From assembly GCA_026987075.1 (NCBI GenBank), contig JALSNI010000078.1, positions 506 to 64,505 of the forward strand: a stretch of 64,000 nucleotides of DNA, given 5' to 3'. Positions 55,947 to 64,000 of this stretch are shown one piece after another. Under the pieces are notes generated by a model. The model was not told the origin of the DNA. It did no database searches and saw only the letters and a list, made by a program, of their open reading frames with translations. The stretch is from Persephonella sp. (GTDB lineage Bacteria > Aquificota > Aquificia > Aquificales > Hydrogenothermaceae). Positions within the stretch are counted from its first letter, which is position 1. Each line of letters starts with the position of its first letter. A program made the translations under genes and the position numbers.

Positions 55947-55956
55947 ATTTAACCCA

Positions 55957-56025
55957 TTTAAGATTTAAGAGTATTTTATCTTAAATATAAAACATGACGA
56001 CACAACATTTCAACCTTTGAAATGT
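55957..56025. promoter_or_regulatory. Two palindromic operator candidates in the divergent 4-TM/aroD intergenic region
   Basis: IR-1 is TTTAAGAT-N13-ATCTTAAA (55957-55985). IR-2 is ACATTTCAA-CCT-TTGAAATGT (56005-56025). On the minus strand, TTGAAA inside IR-2, an 18-nt spacer and TATATT form a plausible promoter, and IR-1 lies just downstream of that -10. Confidence 0.4.
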
Positions 56026-56064
56026 GAAAAAATTTATTTTAATCTTTTTAAAGGAGGTAGGAAG

Positions 56065-56751
56065 ATGGAAAAATATCCGTTAGTTGTTTTACCTGTTGAC
56101 GATAGAGACCTTGAGAAAAAGCTATCTATGGCTCTTGATTACGGGATAGATATGGTTGAGCTCAGAATAGACCAGTTCAGCGAATTTAGTGAGAATTATG
56201 TGTTAGAAAAGGCAAAATTGGTAAAAGATTATAATCTCGGTATTATTGCAACAGTAAGGTCAAAGGAGGAAGGAGGGAAGTTTATCCCTGACGAGCAGAG
56301 ACTGAAGATATTTGAAGCAGTGGCAGGGATATCAGACATTATTGATGTTGAACTGACCTCAGAAAAGATAAACAGAAAAGTCGTAGAAATAGCGAAAGAT
56401 GAAGGAAAGCTTTCCCTTGTGTCTTATCACGACTTTGATAAAACGCCAGATGAAGACTTTATACAGTCTGTGATAGATAGAGCTGTTTCCCTTGGGGCAG
56501 ACATTGTTAAGTTTGCTTTCAAAGTAAACTCATATGAAGATGTCAGCAGAATTTTATGTATTTCAGGAAAAAACAGGGATAAAAAGGTTGTCGCAATAGG
56601 AATGGGAGAACTTGGAAAAATAACGAGAGTGGCTGGATTTTTCTTCGGCTCAGTCCTAACTTATACCTATATTGGTAAATCATTTGCCCCGGGACAGATA
56701 GAAGCAAGGAAACTAATAGAAGAGCTTAAATTTTATGGTTTAAGGAGTTAA
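56065..56751 (+). CDS. aroD: 3-dehydroquinate dehydratase, type I
   Basis: The ATG at 56065 follows AAGGAGG. Motifs DMVELRIDQF and LVSYHDFDKTP are present. The ORF-track start at 56017 is an upstream extension. Confidence 0.85.
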   Translation: MEKYPLVVLPVDDRDLEKKLSMALDYGIDMVELRIDQFSEFSENYVLEKAKLVKDYNLGIIATVRSKEEGGKFIPDEQRLKIFEAVAGISDIIDVELTSEKINRKVVEIAKDEGKLSLVSYHDFDKTPDEDFIQSVIDRAVSLGADIVKFAFKVNSYEDVSRILCISGKNRDKKVVAIGMGELGKITRVAGFFFGSVLTYTYIGKSFAPGQIEARKLIEELKFYGLRS

Positions 56752-56753
56752 AG

Positions 56754-57104
56754 ATGGAACATCTTACTAAAAAGCAGATTGAAGAACTGAAAAACATTCT
56801 GCTCCAGTGGAAACAGCAGCTGATAAAGGAAACACAGGAATCTGTTGGAGAACCCCTTTCTTACGAAGGTGGAGATGAAATAGATAGAGCAGATACGGAA
56901 GCTGGAAGATTGGTAATGCTGAGAAATCTTGATAGGGACAGGAAGGTTTTGAAAAGAATTGAGATGACACTGCAGAAAATAGAGTATGGGACATACGGTA
57001 TATGTGAGATGTGTGGAGCAGAAATACCTTACGAGAGGCTCAAGGCAAGACCTATTGCTCGGCTGTGTATCCAGTGTAAAGAGTTAGAAGAAGAAAATGA
57101 GTAA
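56754..57104 (+). CDS. dksA: DksA/TraR-family C4 zinc-finger protein
   Basis: CEMCGAEIPYERLKARPIARLCIQC plus an N-terminal coiled-coil region; 116 aa. Confidence 0.85.
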   Translation: MEHLTKKQIEELKNILLQWKQQLIKETQESVGEPLSYEGGDEIDRADTEAGRLVMLRNLDRDRKVLKRIEMTLQKIEYGTYGICEMCGAEIPYERLKARPIARLCIQCKELEEENE

Positions 57105-57115
57105 AAGGGTGCATC

Positions 57116-57703
57116 ATGAAGGTTAAACTGACAGGTAAAGATGCCCTTATTGTAGTAGATATGCAGAATGACTTTATGCCGGGAGGAGCTTTACCTGTCC
57201 CTGATGGAGACAAAATAATCCCTGCTTTAAACCGATACATAAAACTTTTTTCAGATAAAGGCCTTCCTGTGTTCTTTACACGGGACTGGCATCCAGAAAA
57301 TCACATATCTTTTAAAGGTTTTGGAGGAATATGGCCTCCCCACTGCATTCAGGATACAGAAGGAGCGCAGTTTCACCCGGAGCTTTTTATACCTCCTGAT
57401 AACAAATTTATTATTTCCAAAGGATACAGTAGGGATTTTGATGCATACTCAGGATTTCAGGGAACTGTTTTAGATGAGCTTTTAAAAGAAAGGGGCATTA
57501 AAAGGATTTTTGTTGGTGGAGTGGCAACAGATTACTGTGTTAAAAATACAGCATATGGTGGTATAAACTTAGGATATCAGGTATTTGTATTAGAGGACGG
57601 CATCAAAGGGGTTGATGTTAATGAAGGAGATTCTAAAAAGGCTGCTGAGTTTTTGCTGAATAATGGAGCTGTTTTTATAACATTTGAGGAAATACACAGA
57701 TGA
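57116..57703 (+). CDS. pncA: Nicotinamidase/pyrazinamidase (isochorismatase family)
   Basis: DALIVVDMQNDFMPGGALPV, WPPHC and GVATDYCV (catalytic Cys). Confidence 0.85.
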   Translation: MKVKLTGKDALIVVDMQNDFMPGGALPVPDGDKIIPALNRYIKLFSDKGLPVFFTRDWHPENHISFKGFGGIWPPHCIQDTEGAQFHPELFIPPDNKFIISKGYSRDFDAYSGFQGTVLDELLKERGIKRIFVGGVATDYCVKNTAYGGINLGYQVFVLEDGIKGVDVNEGDSKKAAEFLLNNGAVFITFEEIHR

Positions 57704-58014
57704 TACTGACAACAACCGATACTGTTCAGGGAATGAAAATATTGGAGTACAAAGGGATTGTATCAGCTGAGGCAGTGATAGGTATTAATGTGGTAAGAGA
57801 TTTGTTTGCAAAAGTTAGAGATTTTGTCGGCGGAAGGGCAAAATCTTACGAAAAAGAATTAGAAAAATACAAGGAAGAACTGATAGAAGAAATCAAAGTG
57901 CAGGCCAAACAAAAAGGTGCCAATGGTATAATCGGTCTGAATTTTTCCTATGAGATGTATCAATCAATGTTAATGATAGCTGTCTGGGGAACAGCAGTAG
58001 TAATAGAGGAATAA
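57700..58014 (+). CDS. ybjQ: YbjQ/UPF0145-family protein
   Basis: LTTTDTVQGMKILEYKGIVSAEAVIGINVVRDLFAKVRDFVGGRAKSYE matches the YbjQ pattern; 104 aa. Confidence 0.8.
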   Translation: MILTTTDTVQGMKILEYKGIVSAEAVIGINVVRDLFAKVRDFVGGRAKSYEKELEKYKEELIEEIKVQAKQKGANGIIGLNFSYEMYQSMLMIAVWGTAVVIEE

Positions 58015-59771
58015 TGACGGAGTTTACCTACATATTCAATTTAGAAGAGGCTGTTAAATCTCTCCATGATTTTGAGAAAGATAAATATCTATTTTTAGAC
58101 ACGGAGGTTGCTGTAAAGTCATTCAAAAATATAGATTTTTTTTCAGATAAAGTCCGTCTGATACAGTTGGGAAATGCAGAGAAAATATACGTCTATGACA
58201 TGTTTTTTATTCCAGAGTTTGCAAAGTATCTGAAAGAGATTTTAGAAAAAAAAGGAGTAGTGGGTCATAATTTGAAGTTTGACATAAAGTTCCTCAAAAC
58301 AAATTTTGATATATTTCCCCAGATTGTTTTTGACACAATGATTGCCTCCCAGCTATTATCTGAAAACAGTAAAGAGAAGCATTCCCTTCAGGCTGTGACA
58401 TACAGACTTACAGACAACAACATTGATAAAACACAGCAGTCTTCTGCATGGGGATTGAGAAACCTGTCTGAGGAACAGCTTGAGTATGCAGCAAACGATG
58501 TAAAGGTTCTCAGAGAGATATTCCCTATTTTGAGGGACAGATTAAACCAGATTAATACTCCCCACAAAGCTACCGGAGTAGTACACGAAACCTTCAGTCT
58601 GGATAATGCTGTTGCTGTTGTTGAGATGGCATTTGTTCCTCAGCTTGCTATGATTGAGCTAAAAGGTATGCCTGTTGATGAAAAAGAGCTAAGCAGTATG
58701 TTAACAACTGTGTCTGCTGATTATCAGAGAAGATACATAGAGTTTGTCAGAAGCAGCGGAATTGACCCATTTTCTCCCCACAAGGTGACGAACTGGCTAA
58801 CAACAAAACTACACCTGAAACTTCCCAAAACACAGAAAGGCTCACTTTCTTCACAGGACAGTGCACTGAGAAAATATATGGACATTCCTCAGGTCAGACA
58901 GCTAATAGAGATAAGGTCAGAAAAGAAACTGTTAGATAAACTGAAGGAGCTCCATTCCCATCTGAAGAACGGAAGGATTTATTCCTCGTTTAGACAGATT
59001 GGAGCCCCAACTGGTAGGATGGCATCATCCCAGCCAAATCTCCAGAACATAACAAAAGAGCTGAGGAGACTGTTTAAAGCACCTAAAGGAAAAAAACTTA
59101 TCGTAGCAGACTACTCACAGATTGAGCTGAGAATTGCTGCCGAGTATGTAAATGACGAAACGATGATTAAGGCTTTTTCAGAAGGTAAAGACCTCCATAG
59201 ATTTACAGCCTCTCTGATTTTAGGAAAACCCTATGATGAGATATCAAAAGAAGAAAGGCAGATGGCAAAAGCGATAAATTTTGGTCTTATATACGGAATA
59301 TCTCCAAGGTCTCTTATGGAGTATGCAAGAAACAACTATGGCGTTGATATATCACTGAAAGATGCACAGGAGTTTCACAAAAGGTTTTTTGACATCTATC
59401 TATCTTTTAAAAGATGGCACGAAAGTGTCAAACAAAAGCTGTCAAAAAAGCATTCTATAACTGTTTACACACTTTTAGGAAGAAAGATGACTGTCCACAG
59501 ATTTACAGAAGCAGTTAATTTTCCTATTCAGGGAACAGGCAGTGATATGTTGAAAATGGCTGTTGTTTTCTTTGGAAAGTTAAAAAAAGATGTTGACGCT
59601 GGTATTGTCAATCTTGTTCATGATGAGATAGTAGTTGAGACATCAGAAGCAGATGCACAAAAAGTGAAAGATATACTTTCTGAAAGTATGCTAAAGGCAG
59701 GAAAAATTCTTCTGAAAAAAGTTCCTGTAGAGTTTGAAGCAGAGATAGTCAATACATGGGCAGAGAAGTAG
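58014..59771 (+). CDS. polA: Family A DNA polymerase (3'-5' exonuclease plus polymerase domains, no 5' nuclease domain)
   Basis: Exo motifs (FLDTEV; HNLKFDIKFL; YAANDV), pol motif A LIVADYSQIELRIAAE, motif B AKAINFGLIYG and motif C LVHDEIVVE. At 585 aa there is no room for a 5' nuclease domain. Confidence 0.92.
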   Translation: MTEFTYIFNLEEAVKSLHDFEKDKYLFLDTEVAVKSFKNIDFFSDKVRLIQLGNAEKIYVYDMFFIPEFAKYLKEILEKKGVVGHNLKFDIKFLKTNFDIFPQIVFDTMIASQLLSENSKEKHSLQAVTYRLTDNNIDKTQQSSAWGLRNLSEEQLEYAANDVKVLREIFPILRDRLNQINTPHKATGVVHETFSLDNAVAVVEMAFVPQLAMIELKGMPVDEKELSSMLTTVSADYQRRYIEFVRSSGIDPFSPHKVTNWLTTKLHLKLPKTQKGSLSSQDSALRKYMDIPQVRQLIEIRSEKKLLDKLKELHSHLKNGRIYSSFRQIGAPTGRMASSQPNLQNITKELRRLFKAPKGKKLIVADYSQIELRIAAEYVNDETMIKAFSEGKDLHRFTASLILGKPYDEISKEERQMAKAINFGLIYGISPRSLMEYARNNYGVDISLKDAQEFHKRFFDIYLSFKRWHESVKQKLSKKHSITVYTLLGRKMTVHRFTEAVNFPIQGTGSDMLKMAVVFFGKLKKDVDAGIVNLVHDEIVVETSEADAQKVKDILSESMLKAGKILLKKVPVEFEAEIVNTWAEK

Positions 59772-60125
59772 TTATTTTTTAATAAACTCTTCCAAAATCT
59801 TTAACACTTCCTTTTTTCGGTTAATTTTTGCAACATCAACAGGTGTTATCCCATTTTTATCTTTTATTAGAGGGTCAGCCCCCTGCATCAGCAGAAGCCT
59901 TACTATCTCCTTATGTCCATAGAAAACAGCCCAGTGGAGAGCTGTCCCACCTTTTTCGTCCTGATAGTTAACGTCTGCACCTTTTGCAATGGCCAGTCTT
60001 ACCCTGTCTATATCCCCAAGCTGTGAAGCAATAATGAGCATGTTGTTAGGGTCTGAGGCGTCTAATCTCTGGCATGAAAGCAGAGCAAAAACAATCAGAA
60101 TCAGAGGTAAAACTTTCTTTAACAT
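59772..60125 (-). CDS. Ankyrin-repeat lipoprotein
   Basis: The ATG at 60125 (MLKKVLPLILIVFALLSC, a lipobox) follows GGGAGAG. Ankyrin consensus is present: GADVNYQDEKGGTALHWAVFYGHKEIVRLLLMQGADP..KNGITP. Confidence 0.8.
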   Translation of the reverse strand: MLKKVLPLILIVFALLSCQRLDASDPNNMLIIASQLGDIDRVRLAIAKGADVNYQDEKGGTALHWAVFYGHKEIVRLLLMQGADPLIKDKNGITPVDVAKINRKKEVLKILEEFIKK

Positions 60126-60198
60126 CTTCTCTCCCAATTGTATTTCAGGACTAAATCAATATATTATTTTTCCTGAAATTTTTCAAAAGGGGATATGT

Positions 60199-60888
60199 TT
60201 GAGCAGTCTGATAAAGGATGAAGCTATCGTTTTAAGAAAATCTCCTGTTGGAGATTACGATGTATCAATCACTGTTTATATGAGAAAACAGGGAAAAGAA
60301 AATATATATCTACCAAAGGGGCAGTTACTTAAATCTCCTTACATAAGCTCTACAGAGCCTTTTACGTGGTTCAAAGGGGTATTTATAAGAAAAAGAGAGA
60401 AATTTTTTATAAAAGAAATAGACAGGTCAAAGGTTCTCGGTATTGAGATATGTAAAGACTTAAACCGCTTTATAACAGCTAATTATATGCTTGACACATT
60501 TAACAGATACATCATATATCCTGACGAGAGGATGTTTATATTTTTGAAAAAAAGTCTGTATTATCTAACTGGCAGTTGTGATATGAGTATTTTTCGTCTT
60601 AACTTTTTAGCAAAGCTGGTTTATTTATCTGGGATTTACCCTGAGCTGAAGCAGTGTGTAAGATGTGGAGAGAATGTTAATAGAAATAATTATCAGCTTT
60701 TTTCCATATCTGAAGGGGGGGTGGTATGCACGAAATGTTCTAAACAAAAAAGAAATATCAGCTATCAGCACATAAAATATCTTCAGCAGTTACGAATAAT
60801 AAGCTTCAAAAACCTGCCAAAGCTCAGAATAAAAGATGCCCACTACCTTGAGAAAATTCTTTCAGATTATTTGAGCAAAAACGCATAG
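60199..60888 (+). CDS. recO: DNA repair protein RecO
   Basis: The in-frame TTG at 60199 gives MSSLIKDEAIVLRKSPVGDYD..., a RecO OB-fold start. A C-terminal zinc motif is present (CVRCGENV...VCTKC). The ORF-track start at 59989 is antisense to the ankyrin gene and unlikely. Confidence 0.78.
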   Translation: MSSLIKDEAIVLRKSPVGDYDVSITVYMRKQGKENIYLPKGQLLKSPYISSTEPFTWFKGVFIRKREKFFIKEIDRSKVLGIEICKDLNRFITANYMLDTFNRYIIYPDERMFIFLKKSLYYLTGSCDMSIFRLNFLAKLVYLSGIYPELKQCVRCGENVNRNNYQLFSISEGGVVCTKCSKQKRNISYQHIKYLQQLRIISFKNLPKLRIKDAHYLEKILSDYLSKNA

Positions 60889-61893
60889 TTAAATGTTTTC
60901 CTTTCCCTCATCTATAGATACATCCTTTAGCCATTCTTTGTTCTCTAAATACCACTGGACAGTCCTTTTCAGTCCTTCATCTATATCAATCTCAGGTTTC
61001 CAGCCAAGGAGCTTTCCAGCCTTGTCTATGTCTGCCCATGTCTCTTTCATGTCTGCTTTATGAAATGGCCTGTGTTCAATGACAGCCTTTTTACCTAACA
61101 GATTTTCTATTTTGTTTATTATTGTTTTCAGTGATATGGGATTTTTCCCTCCTCCTAAATTAATAATCTCATAACCTAAAGGTTTCATTGCAAGGATAGT
61201 TCCCCTTGCAATGTCATCAACATATGTAAAATCCCTTGCCTGAGAGCCATCACCAAACAGTCTGATAGGTGTTCCTTCATCTATCCATTTGATAAATCTG
61301 AATATACTCATGTCTGGCCTTCCAGCAGGACCGTAAACAGTGAAGTATCTTACTACTGTTATGTCTAATCCATACAGGTAGTGGTACGTGTAAGCCATCA
61401 CTTCAGCTGCCTTTTTTGATGCTGCGTAAGGAGATATAGGGGTGTTAACAGGAAGTGTTTCCTTAAAGGGCATAGGCTGTCCAGCATACAGAGAAGATGT
61501 GGAAGCTAAAACCATCTTTTTTATTCCTTTCTCTTTCATCAGTTCAAGGAGATTTAAAGTTCCCTGGGCGTTTGTCTGGAGGTAAACGTGGGGATTTTCC
61601 ATAGAATATCTAACCCCTGCCCTTGCTGCCAGATTCAAAACAGCGTCAAAGTTGTAGCTGTCAAACAGAACCTTTAATGCCCCTAAATTTTCTATATCTA
61701 TCTGAAAAAATCTGAAATTTTCATACTTTTCTAAATCCTTTTTTCTCCACTCTTTCAGTCTCACATCATAATAATGGTTCATGTTGTCTATACCAATAAC
61801 ATTAAAACCACCTTCAAGGAGGAATTTTGCTGTTTTCCAGCCAATAAAACCTGCAGCTCCTGTAACAAGAACAGTCTGACCTTTTGCTTGCAT
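60889..61893 (-). CDS. NAD-dependent nucleotide-sugar epimerase (UDP-glucuronate/UDP-glucose 4-epimerase-like)
   Basis: VLVTGAAGFIGWKT Rossmann motif, and YAASKKAAE (YxxxK) with an upstream STSS. Confidence 0.88.
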   Translation of the reverse strand: MQAKGQTVLVTGAAGFIGWKTAKFLLEGGFNVIGIDNMNHYYDVRLKEWRKKDLEKYENFRFFQIDIENLGALKVLFDSYNFDAVLNLAARAGVRYSMENPHVYLQTNAQGTLNLLELMKEKGIKKMVLASTSSLYAGQPMPFKETLPVNTPISPYAASKKAAEVMAYTYHYLYGLDITVVRYFTVYGPAGRPDMSIFRFIKWIDEGTPIRLFGDGSQARDFTYVDDIARGTILAMKPLGYEIINLGGGKNPISLKTIINKIENLLGKKAVIEHRPFHKADMKETWADIDKAGKLLGWKPEIDIDEGLKRTVQWYLENKEWLKDVSIDEGKENI

Positions 61894-61951
61894 CCTTATG
61901 CTCCTGATATAATTTGAAACCTAAAAATTATAACATTTCAGAGGTGATTTA

Positions 61952-63049
61952 TTGAAAGTTCTGCAGGTTGTTGATGGATACGGCTGGGGTGGAACAAAAG
62001 AACAGGTATACCTGACTACAAGGGAACTGAAGAAAAAGGGAATAGACATTCATATTGCCCTTTCTTTCCAGTATCAGCAAATGGTTGAAAAACTAAAGCC
62101 TTACAATGTTCCAATACATTACTTTGAAAACCACATAAAAAATGCAAGGTACAGGATAGAAAACTACAGAAGACTTATAAAAATTATTGATAAAAACAGG
62201 TTTGACATTGTCATAGGAAATTCTCCCCATGCATTTGATTATGTCCGTGTGTCAAAAATTTTTCTGAAAACCAGACCAAAAATCATCAATGTGAAAAGGT
62301 CTGGAAGAATTCCCTCTTTCCTTTCTAAATATCTGAAGTATTCAGCTGCTGACAGAATTGTTGTAGTATCAAAAAGTGTGGAGAAAATACTCAGAGAAAA
62401 AAAGTTTTTGCCAGAAAAACTTGTTACAATTGAGAGTGGAATTGACCTGTCAAGGTTTAAACCTGAGCCAGAGAAAAAAGAGTATTTCAGAAAAAAGATA
62501 GGTCTTCCTGTAGATAAAAAAATATTCGTTAATGTGGCTAACTGGAATCCAGAGGTAAAAGGACAGGATAGGCTGATACGGTCTTTCTTACAGGCAGATG
62601 TGCCAGATGCTGTCCTTGTCCTTGTAGGTAAAGATACAGATAAAAAAACTAAAGAATTGACCAAACAGTACGGTGGAGAAGACAGGGTAATAGGTTTAGG
62701 CTTTAGAGAGAATGTTCCTGAAATCCTGAATGCCAGTGATTATTTTGTTCTTTCATCATTTTTAGAAGGAATAGCAGGAGCCCTTCTGCAGGCAATGGCA
62801 ACAGGTAAGGTGGTAATATCAACACTTGCAGGGGGTATAGACGAGTATCTGAAGGATGGTTACAACGGTTTTTCTGTAGAAGTTGGGGATTTTGAAGGTC
62901 TAAAAGATAAGATGAGATATGTTGCACAGATGGACAAAAATCTGTACAAAAAGATATCCCACAATGCTGTAAAAACAGCAAACCATTACTCTATTGAAAA
63001 TACAGCAAACAAGTATATAAAGCTGTTTGAGGAGATGCTTAATGGGTAA
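61952..63049 (+). CDS. Glycosyltransferase, GT4 (group 1) family
   Basis: GT-B fold pattern with the C-terminal EGIAGALLQAMATGKVVIST (E-x7-E region). TTG start. Confidence 0.82.
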   Translation: MKVLQVVDGYGWGGTKEQVYLTTRELKKKGIDIHIALSFQYQQMVEKLKPYNVPIHYFENHIKNARYRIENYRRLIKIIDKNRFDIVIGNSPHAFDYVRVSKIFLKTRPKIINVKRSGRIPSFLSKYLKYSAADRIVVVSKSVEKILREKKFLPEKLVTIESGIDLSRFKPEPEKKEYFRKKIGLPVDKKIFVNVANWNPEVKGQDRLIRSFLQADVPDAVLVLVGKDTDKKTKELTKQYGGEDRVIGLGFRENVPEILNASDYFVLSSFLEGIAGALLQAMATGKVVISTLAGGIDEYLKDGYNGFSVEVGDFEGLKDKMRYVAQMDKNLYKKISHNAVKTANHYSIENTANKYIKLFEEMLNG

Positions 63050-64000
63050 TGTTTTTATTATCTTTTATCACAAGATAATTCCCCGCTGGGGTCATTCAAA
63101 GGCTGTATCAACATTTTTATTTGAGATGAAAATACTGAAAAATTATTTCAGAGTGATCACTTTAGACGATGTTTACGAGTATCTCACAACAGACAGATGG
63201 CCTGACAAAAACTCCGTTGTCATAACCTTTGATGACGGTTATGTGGATAACTACATATATGCCTATCCTATCTTAAAAAAACTGGGACTGAAAGCAACTA
63301 TTTTCCCTATAACTTCAAGGATAATAAGGGAAGAAATTGTCAGACCTACGTTGGAAGATTACTGGTCAGGAAAAGTGTCAAAAAATGAGCTATACAGACC
63401 AAAAACAATGGCAGAAGCCAACTACCAGTTTCTAAAGGAAGGAAAGTCTGAAGACTTTCTATCTGTTGAGGAGCTAAATAAAATGAAGGATGTTTTCAGT
63501 GTAGAAGGACACGGCAGAGTTCACGCAAAGGTTTTTTACTCAGAAGAGATAACAGACTTTTATGATGGGAAAAATGGACACTGGAGTAATATCTACGCTT
63601 ACGGTGAGTCAGATGATTTTTCAGGCCTTGAAGAGCCACAGATTGGATATCCACTATTTCCAGATAGAAACAATCTTTCAGTTAGAAGGGGATTTTTGAA
63701 AAAAGAGGTGAAAGAATTTATAAAATCTATTGACAGAAATTTTTTCAATAAAAAAGACTGGAAAAAGGAGTTAAAGAGAGAGCTGGAAAAGAATTTTTCA
63801 TCACTACTGGAATTTGAAACAGAAAAAGAAAGAAAGGAAAGGGTAAAAAAAGAGCTTGAACAGGCAAAAAAAGAGCTGGAAGAGATTACAGGAAATTCTG
63901 TCAGACACATATCTTATCCCTTTGGGCATTACGACGATGTTTTAGTAGACATAACCTCGGGGATTTACGATTCTGCTTACACGATAGAAAAGGATATAAT
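63042..64000 (+). CDS. Polysaccharide deacetylase (NodB-homology domain), partial; runs off the window
   Basis: Absent from the ORF track (open-ended). The ATG at 63042 (ATGGGTAA overlaps the GT4 stop) gives MGNVFIIFYHKIIP...SVVITFDDGYVDNYIYAYPILKKLGLKATIFPI.... It has the TFDDG NodB motif and no stop to 64000 in my hand translation. Confidence 0.72.
   Translation, partial: MGNVFIIFYHKIIPRWGHSKAVSTFLFEMKILKNYFRVITLDDVYEYLTTDRWPDKNSVVITFDDGYVDNYIYAYPILKKLGLKATIFPITSRIIREEIVRPTLEDYWSGKVSKNELYRPKTMAEANYQFLKEGKSEDFLSVEELNKMKDVFSVEGHGRVHAKVFYSEEITDFYDGKNGHWSNIYAYGESDDFSGLEEPQIGYPLFPDRNNLSVRRGFLKKEVKEFIKSIDRNFFNKKDWKKELKRELEKNFSSLLEFETEKERKERVKKELEQAKKELEEITGNSVRHISYPFGHYDDVLVDITSGIYDSAYTIEKDI

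Noticed and set aside
56017-56064. ORF-track N-terminal extensions: aroD from 56017, V4R from 50177, napB from 38746, recO from 59989, polX to 8195, cas6 to 2367
   Set aside because: In each case an internal start with a clear SD gives a protein that begins where the family normally begins. The extension overlaps the upstream gene or a regulatory region.

Overview
64-kb chromosomal window from a low-GC bacterium with thermophile-like, K/E/I-rich proteins. The gene content suggests Aquificota, Persephonella-like; this is inference only, based on an archaeal-type SAM synthetase and ATP-dependent ligase, a polA without a 5' nuclease domain, and a Campylobacterota-type nap operon. (1) Positions 1-3672 hold the tail of a type III-B-like CRISPR-Cas module on the minus strand (partial Cmr6-like RAMP, Cmr1-like RAMP, Cas6). 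It diverges from a 15-repeat, 14-spacer array on the plus strand, which contains an exact internal duplication of a two-spacer unit. (2) About 3.7-31.3 kb is mostly housekeeping: gltX, polX, ribD, superoxide reductase, type III PKS, pepA, ATP-dependent ligase, tatD, ftsH, tilS, tRNA-CAT, rpsT, archaeal-type MAT, coaE, HU, sbcC/rad50 and fused ccsBA. (3) About 31.3-56.0 kb is a contiguous nitrogen-oxide respiration and NO-stress island. It contains a Cys-free Crp/Fnr regulator, a DUF2249/12-TM/DUF59 operon and napAGHBFLD. These are followed by an Aer-like PAS protein, a porin, nirS-nirN-nirJ-nirF-nirE-nirDL and a V4R protein. A convergent qNOR operon has an unannotated 40-aa micro-ORF and a 4-TM protein, and an Rrf2/hemerythrin/cupin operon is interleaved with two more 4-TM paralogues. 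(4) 56-64 kb holds aroD, dksA, pncA, ybjQ, polA, an ankyrin lipoprotein, recO and envelope polysaccharide genes. The best leads for something undescribed are listed here. First, the NO-linked set of small His-bearing membrane proteins plus the DUF2249/12-TM/DUF59 operon. Second, three near-identical FNR-type boxes that tie three operons to the Cys-free regulator. Third, a highly structured leader of about 100 nt in front of napA. Fourth, unusual architectures: PAS with an RHH-like tail, NirN with a second cytochrome c domain, and a V4R protein at the end of the heme d1 operon. All functional calls come from motifs read by eye; no database search was possible.
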